Origin: an uncultured Poribacteria bacterium
GTDB taxonomy: Bacteria; Poribacteria; WGA-4E; WGA-3G
NCBI GenBank assembly: GCA_951813565.1
Contig: OX638351.1
Coordinates: 2,784,001-2,848,000, forward strand
Length of the DNA stretch: 64,000 nt
Reading direction: 5' to 3'
In this document: positions 20,916 to 31,860 of the stretch, piece after piece
How positions within the stretch are numbered: position 1 is the first letter of the stretch
Layout of the letters: each line of letters opens with the position of its first letter
The notes under the pieces: model-generated
The model's input: only the letters and a program-made list of their open reading frames with translations
Told to the model about the DNA's origin: nothing
Databases searched by the model: none
Position numbers and translations under genes: made by a program

Positions 20916-23900
20916 TTAGTTACCTTCCTCAGGCGCTTGTTGTAGTGGCTGAATGTTGTTAGCTTGCATATAAGCTTTAATCTCATTAGCCTTAAGAATA
21001 CAATAGTTAATTGCATCCTGAACCTGAGGGTCAGGTGGGTTTATAACTGCGTATTTCTTAGGCAAGACTTGGAAGTAATACAATGCCTGTGCATAATAGT
21101 TTTCCTCTTTATTCGCGAGGATCGTATACGCTTCACCTAACTTACCGTAAGAAAGATCACCATACTTGGTAGTTGAATATGCTTTCGTGATTGCCCTAAA
21201 GAGCTCAATTGCTGCTTCAATGTCAGACTTTTTGGATGCTCTTTGGGCTCTACCAAGCGATGAGATAGCATACTTATATTCATTATGTGCAAGAAAACTT
21301 GCGGTCTCATTTAGAAAACCCTGCGCAGTGTTTTTGGACTCTGCGCTGAGACCGGGCGCAGCTAATGCACGTTCATAGTTTTCAATCGCTAATCGGAACA
21401 GTCGAATTTGCTCGGTTGCTTCAAGATCTGTATCCAACGCGGCATTATAGTGCTTATTACCGATGTTGATAAAAGCTTCACCCGCGAACTTACTATCCTT
21501 ATATTCTTTGACAAGTGTTTCGTTTGTTTCAAACAGTTTGTCAAGAAACGCTTTTTCAGCATCTGCATTGCCTGCGTCTTTCGCTGCTTCAGACAGATAT
21601 TGATAGCAAGTAGCAATAGCATATAAAGATTCAGGGGCTTTTTCATGCGATTTGTTAACCCGTCTGACCTTATCATATTCAGCAATTGCCTTTTTAAACT
21701 GTTCAGTTGTATAGTAAGCCTCGCCAGCTTGATACTGCCAAAGCGCAGCATCAGCAGCATTCGGGTAACGTTTAACCAAATCATTGAAAACCTTCACAGA
21801 GCTTTCAAAGTAAGCTACAGCTTGAGGAGACATCTCTTCATCAAGTCCTACCTGCATACGTCCCAGATCAAAGTTTGCAGAGGCTAAGTATGTCAATGCC
21901 GTTTCCACGTTTGCTGATAGGTCATCCGAAGCAGGAAATACGCCTGCATCCGCATATTTTATAAACTCTGTAAGCGGATCAATGGTAAGTAACAATTCCG
22001 CGCGTCGCCTGTTACCAACACCGAGAGAATAGTAAATCTGACCAGATTGGAAAAGTGAATTTTGCACATACGGAATGACCGTCTGTTTATTCGCCTTTTC
22101 TACGGGAGAAGCAAGTTTGCTGACTTCAAAGAAAGCAGCGGCAGCTAATCCACTTGTATCAAAGTATGGCTTAAGATCAAACCCTGGAGGGAGCTCCTCA
22201 GGATAGAGAGTGCGCGCTTTATCAGAATAGAGAAATCCGAGGTTATATTGCGCAGCGACTTTCTGCGAAACAGTTGCGGTCGAACTTGCCTTGAGGTCAT
22301 CAACCGAAGTAACGGCTTCTGCAATAGCCTCGTCTAAACGTCCCAATTTCACATAGAGTTCAGAACGGCGGAGGTTTGCGTCAGCAACCATAGAAGCAAC
22401 GCCAGTATTCTGTTCGTTACTATGGTTCGCAATCAAGTTTTGGAAAACTTCCAATGCTTTATCAAACTCGTTAAGTTTATCTTGATAAATCAAACCCATC
22501 CTATAATAGGATTGTGCCTTTACCACATCATCGGCTAACCCGATGGCGTTCTGATAGCTTGCTAATGCATCATCATACACCTTAAGGTGTTCGTCTTGTG
22601 CGTATGCCATTGCGAAATAGGAACGCCCACGTAGATCATCTTCTTCTGTATTCGCGATAATATACTGATACTCTTTGACAGCCGCGGCATAGTTCCCAAC
22701 GCTACTGTGTAATTCAGCGAGCCTTGAGTGTGCCTGCGAGATGAGATTCTTGCGCGCCTCGTCTTCAGTTTGACCTTCCAAGGCAGTAACCTGCATGAAT
22801 GCTTCAATTGCAGCTTTGGTGTCTTTCAAACCTAACTTTGCCAACCCGAGCGTATAGCCTGCGCTGATACGGTTGTCAACGTTATCCGTCATTTCAGCGA
22901 CCTTCTCCGCCGCGCTGGCAGCATTAGTATAGGCAAGTTGTGCTGCTTCGGCATCGTCTGCTTGCTGGGCTATCTGGTAGTAACAGACAGCAGCTTGATA
23001 TTGTGCGCTTGGCGCAATTTCGCTATTTGGGAACTTTTCTACGAACGAATTGTATGCAGCAAGCGCTTCCTGATAGCGTTCTTTACCATAGTAAGCATGC
23101 CCAATTTTGAGTTGTGATCGCATGCGGGCATCTTCAAGTGCTCCAGGATTATCAATAACTCGTTGTAGGCTTGCAACAAGACTGTCAACATCATCAGCGT
23201 TCGTATTTTCAAGAGCAACAGCTTTGATCAGATCAATACGTCCGAGGGTCTGGAGAACCACCTCTTCGCTGCTGTTAGCAAATTTTTCGCTGGCTGCATC
23301 CGCTGTCTGAACGATAAGTGACCACTTGGCTGTATCACCCCGTTTTTGCGCGGCATCTTGATAGAGAAGAACTAATCCGAAATATGCGTCAATGGCATTA
23401 GGAGTGTCCCCATATTCAGCAATAACCCGATTGAACGCTGCTTCAGATTTTTCTGCTAATTCGGGTTTCTCTGATGAAGCATTATAATAACAGAGACCGA
23501 TAAGGTAGAGTGCATCATCGGCATACTCACCTGTGGGATTGCTTTCAACAACAGCTTGGTATTGAACAGCAGCTTCTTCAAAACGTTCCTCTGCACGCAG
23601 TAGGTCCGCGAGCTTAATCTCCGCTAATGAAAGATTATTCTTATCTGTGAGTTTCGGCAATATTGAATCATAATAGGTGATAGCTTGGCTTTTTTCGCCC
23701 TGCTTCACATAGCTATCTGCAGTAAGCAGAAGTGAACGTTCATAGAAGTCACTGGTTTCAGGTATCATCGCGTAGCGTTGTCGTGCTACATCCCATGCGC
23801 CAAGCATTTCGTGTGAAAGTGCCTCATTCATGAGACATGCCTCAACCTGTGAAATACGGTCTGGAAAATCTTGATAGCGCCCTTCTTCAATACCCGGTTT

Positions 23901-25622
23901 GAAGGCTGCATCAGAAAACTCGTTGACAGCAGCTTCGTATGCCTTAACAGATTTTTGGAGATATTCCATATTGAAATCTGCTGAAGCATCACCTTCTTGA
24001 TAACCTTCAGGTTTAGCAGCTTCATAGTAGGAACGACCTTCAAAGAATTTTCCCATCAACTTGATAAGATGGAATTTAGGAAGTGGTCGATAATCCCATA
24101 ACTTTGCGTATTCTTCTGCGGCTTCAACGTATTGTTTAAATTCAGTGCGTTTCATGTTAGCGAAACTGAGTTGGACCTCTGCAGCAAGAATATCGTACTC
24201 GTTATCGTTACGATTTTTTTCAATAAACTCTTGGGCAACCTTTTCTAAATCTTCCTTACGATCTAAGTCATTCAATGTCCAGATTGCGCCATATATTGCA
24301 TGCGGCACAACAGGGTTCTCAGGAAAGTCGTCAACAGTTTTCTGGTACCATTCTAACGCGAGTTCAAGAGTTGCTGTTCCTTCTTGCATTTGGCCGGCAT
24401 CGCGCTGATTAGTACCCAGTTTATAATATGCTTCCCCGACTTGGAAAGAACAATAAGGTGTATAATTGAGTTCAGCAGCATCGGCTTGCATAGCGTTTTT
24501 TTCGTGTTCAATAACCAACTGATAGGAACTGGCTGCCTCATTCCAACTTTCCAATTGGAACTGGCTGTCGGCTATGCCAAGTTTTGCCTCATCAACGTAT
24601 GTGCTCTCCGGATATTCTTCAAGCAATTTCGTGTAAGAAAGGATAGCATTTTCATAGTCAGCTTGATCAAAATATGTTTGTCCAATGGCAGACTGTATTT
24701 CGGATTGGACGCCTCGGTCCGCTGTATTTTGGAGTGCCAACTCGTAGTTAACGCGTGCATTGTCATAGTCTTTCTGTGCAGCATAAATAGAGCCCTGGTC
24801 GAAGTATGCTGCGGTGACAAGCTGATCTTCCGGAAATTGTGTGATAAAGTTGGTATATCGGCTAATCGCTTCATCATGTCTGTTAAGCAGCTTCAAACAG
24901 AGACCAGCTTTATACATCGCCTCGGCATGTAGTTCGGGATGGTTTTTAAACTCTTCAGTCGCAAATTTATCAAATTCCGGATAAGCTTGTTCATAGTTGC
25001 TTTCATTAAGGAATGATTGAGCAATGTGAAGCTGGGCATCGTCCTTGAATTCGGAGTTAGGAAAACCAACAAGAATATTACTGAAGGCTGTTCGTGAGTC
25101 CTCATAATTTCCTAACTTATAGTTCAATTGACCAATTGCATACCACGCATTCTCCACTTGTAGGCTGTTGGGGAAGTTTTCAATCAACTGCATGAATTTT
25201 GCTTCAGCGAGTTCATACTGATCAGTTCTATACAGAATATGTCCCCAGAGAAATGTTAAGCCTTCTTGGTGTTTGGCTATAGTAGCGTTAGGTGAAACTT
25301 CTTCAATATGTTGAAGTGCTTTATCATAATTAGTATCATCACCAGTCTTTTCCGCGATTCGAGAATAAGCTATAGCAATCTGAAGGTTGGCGAGCGTAGT
25401 GAAATCTTTGTCAATCACTTCGGTTTTCACACCGCGTTTCGTTGCCTCTTCCAGCGCCTCTTCATACTTGGCAATCGCACCTTCATAATCCCCTTGATCA
25501 GATAATCCTTTAGCGGAATAATAAAGTTGCTCTACCTTTTTGGAACTCCCCATCATAAAAGGTGAGAGGAGTGCGACTATAAGGGCGAGACCGCCAATAA
25601 TGCCCAAAATTCTTGGATTCAT
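20916..25622 (-). CDS. Very large membrane-anchored/exported tetratricopeptide-repeat protein (1568 aa)
   Basis: N-terminal hydrophobic segment; dozens of BamD/CpoB-like TPR units (e.g. FPNS...AWYAIG, YPES...AKLGIA). Confidence 0.88.
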   Translation of the reverse strand: MNPRILGIIGGLALIVALLSPFMMGSSKKVEQLYYSAKGLSDQGDYEGAIAKYEEALEEATKRGVKTEVIDKDFTTLANLQIAIAYSRIAEKTGDDTNYDKALQHIEEVSPNATIAKHQEGLTFLWGHILYRTDQYELAEAKFMQLIENFPNSLQVENAWYAIGQLNYKLGNYEDSRTAFSNILVGFPNSEFKDDAQLHIAQSFLNESNYEQAYPEFDKFATEEFKNHPELHAEAMYKAGLCLKLLNRHDEAISRYTNFITQFPEDQLVTAAYFDQGSIYAAQKDYDNARVNYELALQNTADRGVQSEIQSAIGQTYFDQADYENAILSYTKLLEEYPESTYVDEAKLGIADSQFQLESWNEAASSYQLVIEHEKNAMQADAAELNYTPYCSFQVGEAYYKLGTNQRDAGQMQEGTATLELALEWYQKTVDDFPENPVVPHAIYGAIWTLNDLDRKEDLEKVAQEFIEKNRNDNEYDILAAEVQLSFANMKRTEFKQYVEAAEEYAKLWDYRPLPKFHLIKLMGKFFEGRSYYEAAKPEGYQEGDASADFNMEYLQKSVKAYEAAVNEFSDAAFKPGIEEGRYQDFPDRISQVEACLMNEALSHEMLGAWDVARQRYAMIPETSDFYERSLLLTADSYVKQGEKSQAITYYDSILPKLTDKNNLSLAEIKLADLLRAEERFEEAAVQYQAVVESNPTGEYADDALYLIGLCYYNASSEKPELAEKSEAAFNRVIAEYGDTPNAIDAYFGLVLLYQDAAQKRGDTAKWSLIVQTADAASEKFANSSEEVVLQTLGRIDLIKAVALENTNADDVDSLVASLQRVIDNPGALEDARMRSQLKIGHAYYGKERYQEALAAYNSFVEKFPNSEIAPSAQYQAAVCYYQIAQQADDAEAAQLAYTNAASAAEKVAEMTDNVDNRISAGYTLGLAKLGLKDTKAAIEAFMQVTALEGQTEDEARKNLISQAHSRLAELHSSVGNYAAAVKEYQYIIANTEEDDLRGRSYFAMAYAQDEHLKVYDDALASYQNAIGLADDVVKAQSYYRMGLIYQDKLNEFDKALEVFQNLIANHSNEQNTGVASMVADANLRRSELYVKLGRLDEAIAEAVTSVDDLKASSTATVSQKVAAQYNLGFLYSDKARTLYPEELPPGFDLKPYFDTSGLAAAAFFEVSKLASPVEKANKQTVIPYVQNSLFQSGQIYYSLGVGNRRRAELLLTIDPLTEFIKYADAGVFPASDDLSANVETALTYLASANFDLGRMQVGLDEEMSPQAVAYFESSVKVFNDLVKRYPNAADAALWQYQAGEAYYTTEQFKKAIAEYDKVRRVNKSHEKAPESLYAIATCYQYLSEAAKDAGNADAEKAFLDKLFETNETLVKEYKDSKFAGEAFINIGNKHYNAALDTDLEATEQIRLFRLAIENYERALAAPGLSAESKNTAQGFLNETASFLAHNEYKYAISSLGRAQRASKKSDIEAAIELFRAITKAYSTTKYGDLSYGKLGEAYTILANKEENYYAQALYYFQVLPKKYAVINPPDPQVQDAINYCILKANEIKAYMQANNIQPLQQAPEEGN

Positions 25623-25805
25623 TACATTCTCCTTTGGATATGAATAAAAGAAAACAAGGGGGAACTCAAAAATCTTCCGCCCCGTTGATTTGTCAAAATA
25701 TGGGCGGAATATGGCAACCGCCCTGTCTTTTTATGGATCCGCCTTGATAAGCACATCAAGGCAATACTATGAGGTATCAAAATGCCTCGTCTATTTGAAA
25801 TTCGG

Positions 25806-26729
25806 TTACAATTTACTTAGATCGTAGAGTTCTGGTGTCGTAAGTATTTCTGAAGACACATCCATCAATTTGTCAGCAAACCGAGATGAGCTACGCTGCT
25901 TTCGTTGATATTTCTCTAAGAAGGGGGCAACTTGGATATCCAATGGAAGCGTCGCAAATTCATCAATTTGCAGCGGTGATTTCCTGCTTAAGATGTCAGG
26001 TTGTGCATAAACAAGCAGTTCGGTATCAGCAGCATCACTCGGAACAGAACGATCATTGTCAACATGCATAACAATAATATGCCCTTCGGTTTCAGTCGTT
26101 AAAGGTTCGGTCAATTTCCAATAGGCTACTTTTTCTGTATCTGCTACGAGGGTTGGTGAACCAACTTCACCGGGAGTCTTCCGCTTTGTATTACGATCAT
26201 TGTAGATATCAGGCCTTAACACTGATTTTTCGTTGACATTAGCAAACTCTCCAGATATTACCGGTTCAGTTACTTGTTGTGGATATACCTTAGGCGGTGA
26301 CGAAACTTCCTGTTTTAGCAGGTGTGTTGCCACAAATCCTGTTACTATTAATATTAAAAGCGCTCCTAACGGTAACGCATTCATCCTGGCGAAACTATAT
26401 CGACCAAAACTTTGACGAAGTTGCGTCAGTAAAGACCAAGTAAACTGTCCTAACGAAGTTTTTAAACGTTGGTTTAGCGAGGTAGGACCTTTATTTTCTA
26501 TGCAACGGTGCAATTCCACCTCAAATTGGTGATAATAACTATCAGGAGCCTCAGGTTCAACATAGAAATCAACAACAAGATCACGTGTCTTTTTGAGGGC
26601 CCTGGCTTCTTGTTGACACACTATACAAAACTGGAGATGTGTTTCAACCTTCGCTTTGTCGTGTGCTGAAAGCGTATCATCTATGTAGTCTGATATAAAA
26701 CGTTGTATCGCGTTACACTTCAATTTCAT
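25806..26729 (-). CDS. Zinc-finger (zf-HC2) transmembrane anti-sigma factor
   Basis: HLQFCIVC (HxxxCxxC) and one TM helix; directly downstream of an ECF sigma gene; start codon uncertain (ORF open to 26783). Confidence 0.8.
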   Translation of the reverse strand: MKLKCNAIQRFISDYIDDTLSAHDKAKVETHLQFCIVCQQEARALKKTRDLVVDFYVEPEAPDSYYHQFEVELHRCIENKGPTSLNQRLKTSLGQFTWSLLTQLRQSFGRYSFARMNALPLGALLILIVTGFVATHLLKQEVSSPPKVYPQQVTEPVISGEFANVNEKSVLRPDIYNDRNTKRKTPGEVGSPTLVADTEKVAYWKLTEPLTTETEGHIIVMHVDNDRSVPSDAADTELLVYAQPDILSRKSPLQIDEFATLPLDIQVAPFLEKYQRKQRSSSRFADKLMDVSSEILTTPELYDLSKL

Positions 26730-26834
26730 AACTTTTCCGGTTTCCGCGTTTTTTCGCTGTATATTTGGAAACTGCTCCCACAAGAATTATCTAACACTTT
26801 TTAATCTTAACGACAACAGTGGAAAAAAAACTCG

Positions 26835-27422
26835 CTAAAAATCAGCGTTCGCATCAACATACGGCTTTAACAACGTTCTAAGTTGTTTTCGGGCGTAGTG
26901 TAAACGTGAACGAACTGTCCCTTCGGAACAATTTAGGATTGACGCTATCTCTGGATGTGTTAACCCTTCCAATTCATGGAGAACAACTACAATCCGATGT
27001 TTAAGTGAAAGACTGTTGACCGCCTTTGTTACCCAGTGCCGTAATTCTGCCTGCTCAGCTTGAATTTGTGGATCATTCGCCATCTCCACTTTTTGCCGGA
27101 CGCGTGGATGAAATTCGGATTCTTCCGTAGTCTCAAGCGGAGATTCACGACGCCGTTTGCGCCGTTTGACGAAGTTAAGTGCCTCATTGACAGCTATTCG
27201 ATACACCCATGTTTCAAAAGCTGCTTCCTGCCGAAAAGTGTGAATTGACTGATACACCTTAATAAAGGTCTCCTGCATAACATCGTTAGCGTCCTCGTAG
27301 TTTCTGGTAATCTGCATTGCGAGGCGGTGCACCATCCGTTTATATTTTTCAACTAACGGTGCTAACGCTGTTTCATCTCCTTCACGGAGATGGTCAATGA
27401 GTAAGGCTTCAGTCCTTTCCAC
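26835..27422 (-). CDS. ECF RNA polymerase sigma factor
   Basis: DVMQETF, FETWVYRIAVN, EIASILNCSEGTVRSRLHYAR. Confidence 0.93.
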   Translation of the reverse strand: MERTEALLIDHLREGDETALAPLVEKYKRMVHRLAMQITRNYEDANDVMQETFIKVYQSIHTFRQEAAFETWVYRIAVNEALNFVKRRKRRRESPLETTEESEFHPRVRQKVEMANDPQIQAEQAELRHWVTKAVNSLSLKHRIVVVLHELEGLTHPEIASILNCSEGTVRSRLHYARKQLRTLLKPYVDANADF

Positions 27423-27619
27423 GAAAAATTCTCCTTCGGCTTCTATTATATTTAGACAACGCTATTTTAAAAACCGTTCATTTTTTTCAGACATTATAGC
27501 ATAAATTATAAAATTATGTTTAAAAAAAGTCTCTCATATATTAAACCTACAGCTTTAAATCCATAAAAAAGGACAGCGTATCAAAGACACGCTGTCCGGT
27601 AAGTGAAATAGTCGAAAAT

Positions 27620-28267
27620 TTACTCTTTAGCTTTCGTAACAAAAGTGATACTGACTTCAGCTTCGTTACCGGCACCGTCTTTGACTGTACCAGCGATCTC
27701 ATACTCGGTCTCGTTGCTGAGTTCTTGGCCGGCATTTCCTTGTAGCATGATTTTATTACCATCAGCTGATGATGTCCAACCGACATCGTCATCGCCGTCC
27801 ATTAACATGAGGTCGCCTGTGACAGGTTCGCTGAAGGTAACCTCTATACCATCGTCAAACACATTCGCAGGGTCAACACCTTCAGCACCGTTCTCAGGGC
27901 TGCTGCTTGTGACTTCGGGTGCAGTTTCGTCTGCTGCAACTATGGTATAGTTAAGTGTATGGCTGCCGTCACCGTTTGTCCATTCAATTGTTAGGGCAAG
28001 TGCACCGGGAGTGAAAGGACCTGTGATGTTACGCGACTTACCAGACCCTGCGACTGTACCAGCACTGACTGTTACGTCACCCGGGTTGTTGTCAAATGTG
28101 ACCGAGATACTACCGTTTGCAGCGAGCTCACTGCCGTCTGCGGGCGTAGCACTTTGAAACGCTGCAGCTTCAGGTTCAGGTTCTTCATCGTCTCCACCGC
28201 AACCAACCATGTAAACGGCGAGCAATACTGCGATGACTATTGCCAAGGTTCTAAAAAAAAGTTTCAT
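27620..28267 (-). CDS. Lipoprotein with bacterial Ig-like (Big_5-type) domains
   Basis: VGC lipobox; DETAPEVTSSSP..GA..V, I.VTFSEPV, VKDGAGN. Confidence 0.8.
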   Translation of the reverse strand: MKLFFRTLAIVIAVLLAVYMVGCGGDDEEPEPEAAAFQSATPADGSELAANGSISVTFDNNPGDVTVSAGTVAGSGKSRNITGPFTPGALALTIEWTNGDGSHTLNYTIVAADETAPEVTSSSPENGAEGVDPANVFDDGIEVTFSEPVTGDLMLMDGDDDVGWTSSADGNKIMLQGNAGQELSNETEYEIAGTVKDGAGNEAEVSITFVTKAKE

Positions 28268-28768
28268 GAGTAGGTAACTCCTTAATTAAGGTTTATCAGA
28301 ATGTAAGGTACCCGAAAATCGGGCACAAATTAAAAACTTCATATATAGATGGGGTTCCCGTGTCGTTATTTGTTAGTTCCGACGGAAATACCGGAAACTT
28401 ACCATCATGTCCATATTTAGTCAAGTAATTTTCAGACTATTTCGTTTGCCTTCCTCCGTGAAGTTCAGAGGATAGACGATGCTTTGAGAATAGGACTTTC
28501 TGCGGAACTGTAACCTTATTAACACCATTGGATAGGTAATTTTCAGTTCCGAAAGCCAACGCCCAAACTCTATACCTTTAAGTTTAGCAAAATTTGCAAA
28601 ATCTGTAAAGGTAAAAATCGATTTTCGCCAACTATTATACAAAATTCTGCTTATTTTGTAAAGCGAAAATTAAAATTTTTAATAAATTTTCTATAGATTA
28701 TCATAAATTAATACATTTTTCAAGTAAAATAACACATATTCGTTAAATTTTCTGAAATTTGAAAATAT

Positions 28769-29746
28769 TTAACTTTCTTGATGTTCAAACAGTCCCATCT
28801 GTTCAATTGAAGTTCCGATAATATGATTCTGAAGCCGTTCAGGATGCATTAATATATCAATAACGTTATCAAGTTGATCTGGTAAGAAAGACAAAGCGCC
28901 GGTTCTAATAAGTTGACGTGTTCCCTCGCTATGTTGATTATGTGAATCCCACTGACATGCAAAAAGAGGACGGTCTTGTAGCTGAGCGTATCTTGCAGTG
29001 TGCATTGCCCCTCCCTCTTTAGAGGTTTCAACTACCACCGTAGCTTTAGAAAGTCCGCTGATAATTCGATTGCGTAAAACCAGATTGGCAGGCGTTGGCG
29101 AGGTTGGAAACGGGTGTTCTGAAAAAATACATCCGGTTTCATAAATTTTCATAGCAAGATCGCGGTTTTCAGGCGGGTAGATAGATGATAGATCCGTAGA
29201 TATAACCCCAATAGTTGTTCCGTTTACGCCTAACGCTCCGTAATGTGCATTCGTGTCTATACCGTTGGCAAGTCCACTTACTATGGTAAAACCAGCTTCA
29301 ACTAAGCGGATCGAGAGTTCAAGTGTTACATTAATACCTTCCGCCGTGGGACGTTTGCTCCCTACAATTGCAACGCACTGTTCGTCCACTTCAGATAATT
29401 TGCCGACTTTGCAAAGTACCGTTGGTGCGTCTGGCACTGAATTTAGAAGTGTTGGATATTCAACATCTTCCGGAAAAAGCACCTTTATACCTTGGTTACC
29501 TAATTCATCCAATTTTTGGCGTAATTCGGTAAACTTATTACGTACCGTAAGGATCCGTGATGCTAAGATCGGGTTGAAGTTTGGCAACTGTGCTATCTCA
29601 ACCAGTTCCGCATCAAAAATACGTTCTACACTACCGAAACGCGTTAACAAGCGTTTGAGCCGAACTGCTCCAATTCCTTCAATCGAAGCAAGTGCAAACA
29701 AATATTCCCGATGTCTCTTTTCATCTGTTTCGGTTGAATGCGACAT
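28769..29746 (-). CDS. dprA: DNA-processing protein DprA
   Basis: VAIVGSK, IVSGLANGIDT.AH, RNRIISGLS, VVE...GGAMHTA. Confidence 0.93.
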   Translation of the reverse strand: MSHSTETDEKRHREYLFALASIEGIGAVRLKRLLTRFGSVERIFDAELVEIAQLPNFNPILASRILTVRNKFTELRQKLDELGNQGIKVLFPEDVEYPTLLNSVPDAPTVLCKVGKLSEVDEQCVAIVGSKRPTAEGINVTLELSIRLVEAGFTIVSGLANGIDTNAHYGALGVNGTTIGVISTDLSSIYPPENRDLAMKIYETGCIFSEHPFPTSPTPANLVLRNRIISGLSKATVVVETSKEGGAMHTARYAQLQDRPLFACQWDSHNQHSEGTRQLIRTGALSFLPDQLDNVIDILMHPERLQNHIIGTSIEQMGLFEHQES

Positions 29747-30374
29747 ACCGTCAGCAAATTCTCCAATAATGTTAATTTTAAAGAAATGGTATTACAAAAT
29801 TGAAATTCCAATATCTGAGAATCTAAATCTCTTTCTACAGTTAACCTAAGTGGTTCACTCGCTAAACATTTATTACATAACCTAAGTTGCTACGGACAAG
29901 ATTTCAAGCTTGTAGACATTGCTTTTTACTGAAAAACAAGGATTTCCAGCTAATTCTTATGCTTTCTTTTCTAAATCGGGGTTAGAAACCCCTCCTACAA
30001 GAGCATTCGCGATATAGGTAGCAACTTGGGTTATATTAATGTAACACATATTGACAAATTTTACAAATGTAAAATGTTGTACATCAGAACCATTTAATTT
30101 TCAGTTTTGAATACAGAAGTGTCAAACAACACTTCAAAGGGTGTTAAAAAGAGGCGCAATGAATTGCGCGACTACAAACACACATACTTTTTAAGATGAT
30201 GCGACTACAAACGGATTGCTACTAATTTAATTTGAACTAAAATCGGCTCTACAAAGTCCTCCTACAAGAAAAGCGACCTGGTTAATGCCAAATATTTACA
30301 CACCAAGAAATCAGTTGACACTTTTGTACTATTTAAGGTATCCTATAAAGATAAGATTAAATCAGGAGACAAAG

Positions 30375-31157
30375 ATGGCAAATCAACCTATAAATATTCT
30401 TGAAGTGCGCGAGTTGAGTCGACACTATGGCGGTGTCATAGCATTGTCGAAAGTTACATTGCAGGTGCGTGCTGGGCAAATTTCCAGTTTGATAGGTCCT
30501 AACGGTGCCGGAAAAACAACACTGTTTAATTGTGCTACCGGATTAGATAAACCTACGCTGGGAAAAGTCAATTTTTTAGGGAAACAAATTACGGGCTTAC
30601 GTCCAGATGAGGTTACTGGACTTGGTGTTGCAAGGACGTTTCAGAATATCAGGCTTTTCACAGAGTTAACGGTCCTGGATAACGTCAAAATCGGTAGACA
30701 CCCGCGCACTTCCAGTACATTTATAGGGGCAGTATTTCGAACTAAGAGACAACAACGAGAAGAGAGGGAAATTAAAGAATACGCCGAGGAGATGCTAAAA
30801 TTTGTCGGATTAGCGGACGTTAGCAACCAAACAGCGGGAAATCTATCCTACGGAGATCAACGACGTATTGAGATCGCCAGAGCTATGGCAACAAAACCTT
30901 TACTTCTTCTCCTTGATGAACCTGCCGCAGGCATGAACCCGCAAGAAACACGAGAACTTATTTCTTTGATCTATACTATCCGCGAACGAGGAATCTCTGT
31001 CCTGCTGATTGAACATGATATGAAAGTGGTGATGCAGATTTCTGATTGGGTAACTGTGTTGGACCATGGCGAGAAAATTAGTGAGGGGCAACCCACAGAC
31101 GTGCAAAACGATGAACGCGTTATCGCAGCATACTTAGGAACATCTGACGATGCTTGA
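30375..31157 (+). CDS. livG: Branched-chain amino acid ABC transporter ATPase
   Basis: GPNGAGKTT, RTFQNIRLF, LSYGDQRRIEIARA, DEPAAG; start at ATG30375 behind AGGAG. Confidence 0.9.
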   Translation: MANQPINILEVRELSRHYGGVIALSKVTLQVRAGQISSLIGPNGAGKTTLFNCATGLDKPTLGKVNFLGKQITGLRPDEVTGLGVARTFQNIRLFTELTVLDNVKIGRHPRTSSTFIGAVFRTKRQQREEREIKEYAEEMLKFVGLADVSNQTAGNLSYGDQRRIEIARAMATKPLLLLLDEPAAGMNPQETRELISLIYTIRERGISVLLIEHDMKVVMQISDWVTVLDHGEKISEGQPTDVQNDERVIAAYLGTSDDA

Positions 31158-31854
31158 ACTTAGAGGCATTCACACTTATTATGGAAATATCCGTGCGGTG
31201 CGCGGCATTTCAATTGAAGTCAACGCTGGCGAAAAGGTTTGTATAATCGGTGCAAACGGTGCTGGCAAATCTACTACATTGATGACTATTTCTGGCGTTC
31301 ACACACCAGTAGAAGGAACCGTATATTTTGAAGATGAGGATATCACATCTACTTCTGCGGAGCAGCGTGTTACATTCGGGATTTCGCAAGTGCCTGAAGG
31401 ACGTCTGATTTTTCCGGATATGACTGTGCTGGAAAATCTTGAACTTGGTGCCTACATACGAAACGATACCGCAGGGATTAGATCCGATCTTAACAAAATC
31501 TTTGATTATTTCCCTGTGCTTGCGGAGAGGCGGAGACAGCGAGGCGGCAGCCTGAGCGGTGGTGAACAACAGATGTTAGCAATTGGTCGTTCTCTGATGT
31601 CAAATCCAAGGCTCCTGCTTCTTGACGAACCTTCTTTAGGACTTGCACCGCTTATTGTCAAACAGATTTTTGAAATTATTCAGCAAATTAATGAAGAGGG
31701 TACGACAATTCTATTGGTTGAACAGAATGCACAACTTGCTTTGAATGTAACAAACAGAGGGTATGTGATGGAGACAAGTGAGATTACAATTGAAGGGCCC
31801 TCCGCGGATCTTTTGGCAGACGAACGGGTCCGGCAAGCCTATCTCGGAGAATAA
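31150..31854 (+). CDS. livF: Branched-chain amino acid ABC transporter ATPase
   Basis: GANGAGKST, VPEGR, LSGGEQQMLAIGR, DEPSLGLAP. Confidence 0.92.
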   Translation: MLELRGIHTYYGNIRAVRGISIEVNAGEKVCIIGANGAGKSTTLMTISGVHTPVEGTVYFEDEDITSTSAEQRVTFGISQVPEGRLIFPDMTVLENLELGAYIRNDTAGIRSDLNKIFDYFPVLAERRRQRGGSLSGGEQQMLAIGRSLMSNPRLLLLDEPSLGLAPLIVKQIFEIIQQINEEGTTILLVEQNAQLALNVTNRGYVMETSEITIEGPSADLLADERVRQAYLGE

Positions 31855-31860
31855 TTGTAG

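Noticed and set aside
28421..28480. Possible c-di-GMP-I riboswitch (GGCAAAC...GAAA on the minus strand)
   Set aside because: The downstream GACGCAAAG/P2 consensus is not present; kept only as an unassigned structured leader.
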